Assembly (NCBI GenBank): GCA_004431415.1
Contig: QPMI01000445.1
Span: forward strand, 208,576 to 272,575
Source of the DNA: Cyanophora paradoxa CCMP329
Taxonomy: Eukaryota; Plantae; Glaucophyta
Direction: 5' to 3'
DNA length: 64,000 bases
The position numbers and the translations under genes were made by a program. Positions within the stretch are counted from its first letter, which is position 1. Each line of letters starts with the position of its first letter. A model generated the notes under the pieces. That model did not search any database, was not told where the DNA came from, and was given only the letters and a program-made list of their open reading frames with translations. This document shows, in pieces, positions 20,954-30,243 of this stretch.

Positions 20954-23900
20954 ATGGAGGACCCGACCGCAGCAGCTGCACCTGCAGCTGTGTTCGTTGC
21001 GGGTGCAGGAGTTCCGGCGCGCCCCGCGGCCTCCTCGGTCACGCCCTTTGGCCACCCGCTCGCCGTTCCCGTACGCACGTGCAACGCCCCGCGAGAAAGA
21101 TCTAGGAGCACCGCTACAACAAGGTGCATGCGATCGCCCGCCCGGCGCTTCGTGGCCGCCTCACCGGCCCTCATTCCACGCCGCAGAAGGAATCCGGGGC
21201 TGCAGCTTCGTTCTAGCTTTGTAGGGGGCTCCGCTCGGCAGCTCTTCCGTGCCGCGGCAGCGCCGCCGAGCTCGGCCCCGCGAACGGCGCGAACTCGAGA
21301 TGTCGTCCAGGCCGTCAGCGTGCCTGCGAAGAAAAGCCGATCATCTAGCTCCAGCCCAGAGCGCGCGAGAGCCCCCAGCAGGCCCGAGCTCCTCGCGGTG
21401 CGGTCCCCGCCGGCGCCTCCGGATCCCCTCTGAAGCGGCCTCATGCTCGCCTGCAGCCCGCGGGCAACTGGGACTGTGCGCGGGCGGCGGTGGAGAACGG
21501 CGCGGATGCCATCTATTTCGTGCGCCTGCGCCTCCCGCCTCGCACGGCCTGCTCCCACGCCGGGCCTCCTCCCACGCCGGGCCTTCTCCCCCGCCCCGCC
21601 TCGCCACATCGCCTCCTGCCCCGCCCGGCTATCGGCGGCCCCTCCCGCGGCCCGCCGACCGCCTATCCTTGGGGCGCAGGGCCTGGACCAGTTCAACGCG
21701 CGGCTGCGGGCGGACAACTTCACGGAGGCCGACCTGCCGGGCCTCATGCAGTTCCTCCACTCCCGCGGCGTCAAGGGGTACGTCACCCTCAACACGCTGG
21801 CCTTCACCACCGAGCTCCCCGACGTCGAGAAGTACCTCCGCTCCGTCATCGCCGCCGGTACCCCCTTCCGAGCCGCCCCGTACCCCTCCGGCCTCCCCTC
21901 AGCTCGCCCCGCAGGCGTGGACGCGCTGATCGTGCAGGACGTCGGCGTCTGCAAGCTCATACGGCACCTGAGCCCCGACTTCCCCATACACGCCTCCACG
22001 CAGATGGCCCGCCCCCCTGCAGCCCGCCCCGCCCGCCCCCTCCCCCCTGACCCCCGCGCAGACGGTCACGAGCGACGCCGGGGTGCAGTTCGCGGAGGCG
22101 CTGGGCTGCAGCGTCGTCGTGCTGGCGCGCGAGTGCACCATCGGCGAGATCGCCGAGATCCAGAGGCAGAGCCCCGTGCAGGCCCGCTCTCCCGCCCCCG
22201 CCCCCGCCCCCGCCCCGCCCTTTGCTTCTCTCCTCACCGCCACGCCCCCCTCAGGTCCCCCTGGAAGTGTTCGTTCGTCTCCCCGCGAGGCAGGCCGCCC
22301 GCCCGGCGCCGACGGGGCCGGCCGGCGCGCAGATTCGTGCACGGGGCGCTCTGCGTGGCGTACAGCGGGCAGTGCCTGACGAGCGAGGCGCTGGGCGGGC
22401 GCTCGGCGAACCGGGGCGAGTGTGCGCAGGCGTGCCGCATGCAGTACCGTCTGCTGGCGGACGGGAAGGAGGTGGACCTGGGCGGGCGCGAGTACCTGCT
22501 CTCCCCGCAGGACCTGTGCGGGGCGGAGCTGCTGCCGCAGCTCGTGGCGGCCGGCGTCTCCTCCCTCAAGATCGAGGGCCGCCTGAAGACGCCCGAGTAC
22601 GTGGCGAGCGTCGTCCGCGTCTACCGTGAGGCCCTCGACCGCGCCGCCGCCGCCGCCGCCCCCGTCGTCCGCCCCCGCCTCTGCCCCCCGCCCGCCGGCG
22701 GCCCCGCCGGCTGACGGGGCGGGCGGGGGCCGGCAGGAGGACCCGCGGGAGGCGGCGCCGCAGCCGCTGACGGCGGCGCAGCGGTACGAGCTCGAGATGG
22801 CCTTCTCCAGGGGGCTCTCCCCGGGCTGGCTCGCCGGCATCGACAACCAGGTCTGTGGGAGGGGCCGCCGGGGCTCGTCCCGGGGCTCCGTCCGAACCCT
22901 TGTCGCCGGCAGCGGCTGGTGCACGCGCGGTTCGGGAAGAAGCGCGGGGCGCGCGTGGGGGTCGTGCGCTCGGTGGACGCCCGGGCGCGGCGCGTGGTGA
23001 TCGGGGGGGTGGAGGCCTCGGCGGCCCTCAAGCCCGGCGACGGCGTCGTCTTCGACGCCGGGCGCCCCGCCGAGGGCGAGCCCGGCGGCTTCGTCTACGA
23101 GGTCGAGCCGGGGCGCGCCCGCGGCTCCCTCGTCGCCGCCTTCGGCCCCCGCACGGACGTCCGCCGCGTGCGCCCCGGCGACATCGTGTGGAAGACCAGC
23201 GACCCCGCCCTCTCCAGGGCCCTCCGCAAGAGCTGGGCCCCGGCCCGCTCCGAGGCCGAGGCCGCCGGCGCCGCCGCCGCCGGCGAGGCCTCCGCCGGCT
23301 CCGGTACCCCCGTCCGCTTCCGCCGCCCCATCGAGATCGAGGTGCGCGGGGCGGGGGCGGGGCCTGGGCGGCCCCTGACAGGCGCGGCGACCGGGGGCGG
23401 GCAGGTCCGGGGGCGGCTCGGGGAGCCGCTCTCGGCGGTGGCGCGGGACCCCGAGACGGGCGTGACGGCCGCGGCGCGCTCGGAGGGGCCCCTCGAGGCC
23501 GCCCGCAGCCGGCCCCTCACCCGCGACTCCCTCCTCGAGCAGCTGGCCCGCGCCCCCCGCCCCGCCCGCCCCGCCGCGCGCTGAGGGTTTGAGGGCAGGG
23601 GCGGCTGGGGAACACGCCGTTCGCGCTGGAGGAGGGGGGCCTGGAGAGCGCGGGGCTGGACCTCGCGGCCGGCCTCGCGCTGCCGGTCTCGGAGCTGAAC
23701 CGCCTGCGGCGCGCCCTCGTGGAGTCCCTCGAGGCCGCCCGCGCCGCCCCGCGCCGCTGGAGCCTCGCCCCGCCCGCCGCCGCCTCCTACCGCACCGCCC
23801 TCCGCTTCCCCGAGCAGCGCGCCCCGGGCGCCGCGGCGGCGGCGGAGGCTGCGGCGGCGGAGATCGTGCCGCTGGTGCGGAGCGGGGGCGCGCAGCTGCG

Positions 23901-25016
23901 GGCGGCGCTGGAGGGGCGGCCGGGGCGGGTGTACCTGGACGTGGAGGACCCGCGGGCGTACGCGGCGCTGGTGCCCGAGGCGCGCGAGATCTCCCCCGGC
24001 ACCGAGGTCTTCGTCGCCCCGCCCCGCATCTTCAAGCCCAACGAGCGCTGGATCCTCGAGCAGGCCCGCCCCCCGCCCCCGCCTCCCCCTCCTTTCCCCG
24101 CCTGACCCCGCTTCCTTCAGGTGGCGCGCGGGGGGGCGGACGGGTACCTCGTCCGCAACTACGAGCACCTGCGCTTCTTCGGCGCCGAGCGCGGGGCCCG
24201 CATGGCGCGTCCCTGCCCGTACCCCCGTCTCTCTTCGAAAGCCCTCATCCCTCTACCCCGCGCAGGTGGCGGACTTCTCGTTCAACGTGGCGAACCCGCT
24301 CTCGGCGGCGCACTTCCTGGGCCTGCCGCGGGCCGACCCGCTTGGGGGCGGGGAGGGAGGGGAGGGCGCGCGGGCGCTGGAGCGGCTGACGGCGAGCTAC
24401 GACCTAAGCGCGGCGGAGCTGGTGCCGCTGCTGGAGGCGTGCCCCCCGGGGGTCCTCGAGGTCACCCTCCACCAGCGCATCCCCATGTTCCACATGGAGC
24501 ACTGGCGCCCTCCCCTCCCCGCCCCTCTTCCCTCCCACCCCCACCCCCGCCCCCGCTCACGTGCCTTCGCGTCTCGCAGCGTCTTCTGCGCGTTCCTGAG
24601 CGAGGGGAAGGACTTCCGGGACTGCGGGCGGCCCTGCGAGGCGCACGCCGTCGAGCTCGAGGACCGCGTCGGCACCCGCCACACCCTCAAGGCCCGCCCG
24701 CCCCGCCCCCGCGCCCCTCCGCCTCTGCCGCGAAACTCGACCCGACTCGCCGTCCGCGCGCGCGCAGGGGGACGCGGGGTGCCGGAACACGGTGTACAAC
24801 GGGAGGGCGCAGACGGGGGCGGAGCACTTCGGGCGGCTGGCGGGGGCCGGGGCGCGGGCCTTCCGGGTCGAGTTCGTGGACGAGGGGCCCGGGCGCGTGC
24901 GGCGCACCCTCGAGTGCTACGGCGCCCTCGCCCGCGGCGAGCTCTCCGGCGCCGACCTCTGGCGCGAGCTCAAGCTCCTCTCCCAGCTCGGCGTCACCCG
25001 CGGCTCCATGGAGTAG
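20954..25016 (+). CDS. rlhA: Peptidase U32 family, long RlhA/YdcP-like form with DUF3656-like region and predicted organellar transit peptide; 15 exons
   Basis: PELLA|PAG..ENGADAIYF|G, IHASTQM, LEVFVHGALCVAYSGQC..SANRGECAQACR (Fe-S cysteines), LLSPQDL, SLKIEGR; Ser/Ala/Arg-rich N-terminal extension of ~130 aa. Confidence 0.9.
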
Positions 25017-25460
25017 CCCGCGCTGCTGCCGGGTGGCCGCAGCCCGCGCCCCGCGTGCGGTCGAGACGCCGAAACTCGCGAGACGCCGTGAGTGCGATCG
25101 AGTGTGAGAATTGCGAGGCATGCATATGTACATGTTACCGTAGTACGTTCAAGTCCCGACTCTGGCACTGAGTCAACGTTATGACAAATGCAAAAAGACG
25201 CTGACAGACAGTGACAGTAGTATACGTACGACTCCCAGCCTTTGACCCTCCCTGAGTCCCAGGGTCGGGGTACATTCATGAATTTTACCAGCATGCGCGC
25301 GCGGACCATGAATTTTACCATGAACTTGGAATTTCTAGACTCTGAGTCTAGCTAGTCTGAGAGCAGGCCCTGGCAGCCAGTGCCAGGCCCAGTGGGCCAG
25401 TGCCGTGCCGCAGTGCCACGGTGGCAGGCGCCCGGCTCGGATCCGGATTCCGATCCGGAG

Positions 25461-25518
25461 TATACGTATACGTATACCGTATACGTACTACTACGCGTAC
25501 GGTACTACTAGGCTAGTA
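25461..25518. repeat. Second TA-linker chain (putative excision-footprint array)
   Basis: TA TA CG TA TA CG TA TA CCG TA TA CG TA C TA C TA CGCG TA CGG TA C TA C TA.. Confidence 0.6.
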
Positions 25519-26042
25519 CGAAACGAACTGAAAGGAACAGATAGGACTTCGAGCGGTTTTCAGCATTTTTTCGTCAGGTTTTGACGGTCACCGGGTTATG
25601 TACGTATATGGTCCGGGTACTCCCAGCTGAGCGACGAGCGAGCGACGTCGACGGTCGACGGGCGTCCGACGGTCGCTCGCGGCGCCAAACTTTTTGAAAG
25701 TGGTCGCTAGGCCGGCCACCCCGAGAGGCCCTGAGGAGGGGAGGCTGGGGGCCTGGGGCCGGGGGCCCTCGCTTGGCCTCGGCTCCCGGGAGTCCCGGCC
25801 CCGAGTCCCGGCCCTCGGGAGTCGGCCCCAGTCGGACCTCGGCCGGGTCGGCCCTCAGGCCCGGCGGCCCCGGCCGCGGCCCGCGAGTCGGGAGTCGGGA
25901 CTCGGGAGTCGGGAGTCGGGAGTCGGGACTGTCGACGTCGGGCGGAGTCACTGCCGCGTGCAGCTGTGAGTCGTCCGACGGTCAGTGCCACTGGGCCAGT
26001 GAGTCGGGCCTCGGCCGGGAGTCCGGGACGTCGACTCATGAT

Positions 26043-26564
26043 TAGGGCTGTGGTCGCTGGTGGTCGCTTCGCGAGGTTCCAGCGGCCGCTACGCTTGGCG
26101 TTTTCCGCCAGCGACACCTCCTCGCTCAGCGTTTTTTAAGGCTGACAGGCGCCAAAAAAAGCTCCATCCCGCTTTTTTCTCATCTGAAGGTCGACGTAGG
26201 TCGGCGTAGCCGATCAATCTTGCTAAATTTCGACTGTTTTCGAGCATCCAGGCGCTCCGCTTCGCCCAAAATTTAAAGCAGCCTGCAGCTGGCCTCTATC
26301 TCAGAGTCTCGCAGAAATATTTTTAATTGACAGATGGCTCGCGGAACTAAGCATTAAATCTGCATTTGCGTACGCGCGCCGCGGCGCATCTTAAAAGCTT
26401 GTACGAAATAAACTACACGGAACACATAGATTTTCGGTTGGTCTTCAGCAGTTTTTCGACAGGTTTTGGCGGTACCCCCACCTCAGCGACGGGCCAGCGA
26501 CGGGCGCCGCTCGCCGGGCTTCAGCGGCCGCTGGGCCCGCCCCCCCCCAGCGAGCACAGCTCTA
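26043..26564. mobile_element. hAT-type MITE
   Basis: TIR TAGGGCTGTGGTCGCTGG / CCAGCGAGCACAGCTCTA (16/18) with a perfect 8-bp TSD CTCATGAT. Confidence 0.88.
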
Positions 26565-27225
26565 CTCATGATCGATATCAGGCCCGGGAGAGTCGGCCCT
26601 CGGCCGCGGGCCAATGGCTGGCAAACAGTGGCAATGCCTGGCATCATCACTGATTTCATCGGTGGCATGCCATGATTCGGCCCATGAACCGGCCCCTGAA
26701 TCTGCTGCGCTAGCGTTAATTATAAGTTGCCGTGAACGACGGAACGTCAATTGCAACCTTCATGAATGACTCAGTGATATCGATGCTGAAATTAGCAGCT
26801 GAATTCGAAGAAAACTTTGAAAAGCTGCGAGCTGATCATGCCATCGATGATGAACCAATTAGTTGTGCACGTGGCAATTGCAATTACACTCTGAATTTAC
26901 ACACTCGCAGCTAGGGCGAACACACTAGTACTGTTCGACATTATAATTAATATTCTGGCTGTTTCAAGTTTAAGTCCGTGGAGAGTCACTGGAGACTCTG
27001 ATATTTCGCGACGAATTCGAAATTCGCACACATAGAGATCGCGAACCGTTGAACTCGGAAGATCGGGTATTGCAGGGCAATTTGCAGCTACTACTACTAT
27101 TGCTGTTCACCATTATTTGAAAAAAAGCATATATGGATACCATATGACTGCGATTCATGGTTATGCGAAGTTGCGAACTGCGATCCTCAGACTCCGAGTC
27201 TCCGGATCCGACGGTCAGAGCGCTA

Positions 27226-27541
27226 CCGTAGAACACAATATTAAGGTCTGTAATTTATTATGTCGTCCCGAAATTATTTCGCCTTGGACGGGACAAAACG
27301 ACATAATTTGTGGACGTCATAATACGGGCTCGCTAAGTCGCCCTACAGTACCCCCCAAAATTACCGCCCCATACAATTGTTTTTTTGGTGAATTACCGGC
27401 CACAGCCTCTAGTCTAATTACCGCCCCATACAAGCCTGAAAATTTCATGCCGACATAATTTGGGGACGACATATTTCGCATGGAAAAGGCTCGGGTTTTA
27501 AAACGACATAAATTTGCATGACATAATATTGTGTTCTACGG
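27226..27541. mobile_element. Tc1/mariner-type MITE, family C
   Basis: TA|CCGTAGAACACAATATTA ... TAATATTGTGTTCTACGG|TA, a perfect 18-bp TIR; internal GACATAA repeats. Confidence 0.9.
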
Positions 27542-27586
27542 TAGCGTTCCTGGATCGACTCTCCGAGCTCGAGCTCGAGTGATCTA

Positions 27587-27847
27587 CCGTGTAACAGGAA
27601 AATACTGGACGCTGAAAATTAGTGGAGCCGGAAATTAGTGGACCGAAATCTTGACTCAGTCCACTAATTTCCCGCTCCAGTATTTCTCTGCTGCTAAGCT
27701 GCCCCGTACAGTACCCCCCAAAATTACCGCCCCATACAAGCCTGAACAGGTTTTGGTCCACTAATTTCGGGCTCCAGTATTTCGCCTATGAGAGGGCCAA
27801 GTTTTATGATCCACTAATTTCCGATCTGGTATTTTCCTGTTACACGG
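27587..27847. mobile_element. Tc1/mariner-type MITE, family B (complete)
   Basis: TA|CCGTGTAACAGGAAAATAC ... GTATTTTCCTGTTACACGG|TA, a perfect 19-bp TIR. Confidence 0.9.
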
Positions 27848-27972
27848 TATACGTAGATCTGGAGTCTGGATCGCCCACTGGCCCTGGCAGTGGCTGCCAC
27901 TGGCTGGCACTGGCCACGGCCATGGCATGGGCTAGTGGGACTGTGGGAGGCTGCAGCTGGGACTCTCGGAGC

Positions 27973-28018
27973 CCGGACTCCGGAGTCCGGACTCCGGAGT
28001 CCGGAGTCCGGACTCCGG
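27973..28018. repeat. 7-bp tandem CCGGA(C/G)T array; similar CGGGA(C/G)T arrays at 8101-8140 and 25889-25930
   Basis: Six units that differ only by a C/G transversion at one position. Confidence 0.85.
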
Positions 28019-28530
28019 CCGCGGATACCCGGACCGTCGGACTCCCGGATCCGGAGCCGCCGGGGCCTGCCGCCCTATAGGCGGCTAGGCCTAGTACTAG
28101 GCCGCGAGGCTACTTACTACTTAGTAGTAGCGGGCTACTAGCGGCCCTGCGTAATGGAGGCCGCTGCTGGACCAGTGCTGGTCAGTGGTCACGCTCAGGC
28201 TCGCGCGGCTCAGCGGCTGCTGCACTGGTGAATTCGAATTGACGAATCAGTGTGGTGATGGCACATGTACAGTGAATCCGATCCGTGTCATGATTCCGTG
28301 ATGCCTGGCTATAGGCAGCCTGGCATAATAAATAAATCAGTGGCATTGCCTGCATCATGGCTGCAATGCCGCTGCATGCACGTTTTGCAAATATATGCAT
28401 GACTCAGTGACTCAAGAAGATCGCCGAGTCGGACCAGCCTGAGTGAAGATTCACTAAAGAAACTACAGCGGACTGGCTGGCTCAGCCCGTACGGCGGTAC
28501 CTGGACTCCGGTCCAGCCCACTAGGTACTA

Positions 28531-28778
28531 CCGTAAAACACTTAATTAATGCGCTCGATATTAATGCGTTTTTGGACCCGGACCCCTCGTATGGCTAATA
28601 ATGCGCCCCCAAATTAATGCGTTTTGGAGCTTTCTGCCTGCGTTAGGGGGGTACGTACCGCAGTTTTCTTAGCGTTTCAATATTAATGCGCCCCCGAATT
28701 AATGCGTTCTGCCTGCGGAGAACGCATTAATACGGGGGCGCATTAATTAAGTGCGCGCATTACTTAAGTGTTCTACGG
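28531..28778. mobile_element. Tc1/mariner-type MITE, family A (inverted relative to 5550-5827)
   Basis: TA|CCGTAAAACACTTAATTAATGCGC ... GCGCATTACTTAAGTGTTCTACGG|TA; internal GGACCCGGACCCC matches the reverse complement in the left copy. Confidence 0.85.
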
Positions 28779-30243
28779 TAGTAGTACAGTACTAGTACTG
28801 GGCCAGTCTCCCGGGTCGTCCGGGACTCCCGGGACTTCTGAATCAAAGTTATGACTCCGAGTCCAGTGAGTCGCTCCGCGGCCGAGCCTCCGACTCGGCG
28901 AGTCGGAGGATCCCGGGCCGGGCCCGGCCGGGACTCCGGGAGGACCGGGATCGGGGCCCGGGGGTCCCGGACTCCCGGTCCGCCGCCGGGTCCCCGGGGC
29001 CCGGGACCGGCCGATTCCGGGCCGAAGCGCTAGCCGAGTCGGAACTTCGGAAATGACTCGGAAATGCATACTGTAGAACTGGTTAATTTAGTACAGGAAA
29101 ATAATTAGTACTTTGCCACATTAGCAGCTGGTAATACTTTAGTAGGTCGGTCTTCGCGGGGCTTTTCAAGTTTGTATGGCGGAGACGGAGGCTCACGGAG
29201 CTACCCCTCAGAATTCTCGGCCTCATTGACGACATCTCAGAGTCTACCGGCTAACTTCGTAAGTTTTGCAAAAACATATTTTGGCTGGCGCGGCAGACGC
29301 CGGCAGTACGTAATTATATAAGTGGCGCGGCACTGGCGCCGGGCGGGCAGTGGCGGCGGCGGCGCCGGCGCCCGGCCGCCGGCGGCCGCCGGCCTGGCTC
29401 CGGCGGCCGCCGGGCCGGCGCCGGGCCGCCGGGCCACCGGCGGCCCACCGCGCGCCGGCCAGCCCGGCGGCCTGCCGGCGCCAGGCCCCCTGGCAGGCTG
29501 GGCCAGGCTCCCGGCCAGCCCCCGGGCCCCGACTCTCAGACTCTGAGACTCAGACTGAGAGTCTACCGTGACTCCGTGAGTAATGACATGATTGACATCA
29601 TATTGACTCAGTGAGCAGCGTGCCAGTATGATACCCTGGTAGTAAAATAACTCTAATAAAGCAGCACCGCCGCAGGCAGCACTGGACTCGTGACTGGAGC
29701 AGCAGCAGGCTGAGCCAGCAGCAGCAGCAGCAGCGCGCGGCAGCAGCATGCGCAAACCGGCACCGGACTCTGGGAGGTTGATCGGCTGCTTGCGCTTGCT
29801 GCAGGTTTCGTGTTTGCACCGGCAGGCCTGGGCCTAGGCGAGCTTCGGAATTGCGAATCCTGCAGCAACGTTAACCAGCGCCGCGCACGCAGTCGCTGAG
29901 CGTGCACGTATACGTATATACGTATAGATGGATAGGGCGGTGAAGGCCTAGAATCGAAACATAAGGCTAGGGCTATCAGCTTCCGCGCAAGTCGAATCAA
30001 CGGCACGCGCAGCACTCGCCGCGCACGCGCGAGTGCGCCGTTTCCTTCAGCTGGCGAGCCCGCAGCCGGTCGGATTGAATTAGCTATAGGTCGCAGCCTC
30101 ACTTGAAAGCAATGAGCATCCTTACGCGCCAACCTTCAAATCCGCAAGGGGGGGGCACTAGTACTAGTACTGTGCCCCGCACAGCGGCGGGATCAGGATC
30201 AGGTGGATCAGGCGGGCGACCGCGAGGGCCTGTGCTGCATCGG

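Larger units (their letters stand above)
25140..29700. repeat. Right intergenic island of packed MITEs and palindromic spacers
   Basis: Same make-up as the left island; shares MITE families A, B and D with it. Confidence 0.85.

Noticed and set aside
20954-25016. Bacterial contig or operon, or a collagenase annotation for U32
   Set aside because: Spliceosomal introns interrupt every conserved motif block, and the Cys motifs fit the Fe-S hydroxylation role of the U32 family.
9300-25100. Many long Arg/Pro/Gly/Ala-rich ORFs in alternative frames and on the antisense strand (e.g. 17717-19636, 13816-14874)
   Set aside because: These are by-products of extreme GC content and scarce stop codons; the spliced frames explain the recognisable domains.
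5550-28778. One giant element with long terminal inverted repeats carrying the six-gene block
   Set aside because: The shared MITE copies are clearly diverged, the complete copies have their own TIRs and TSDs, family D breaks the mirror order, and the sequence between them does not align.
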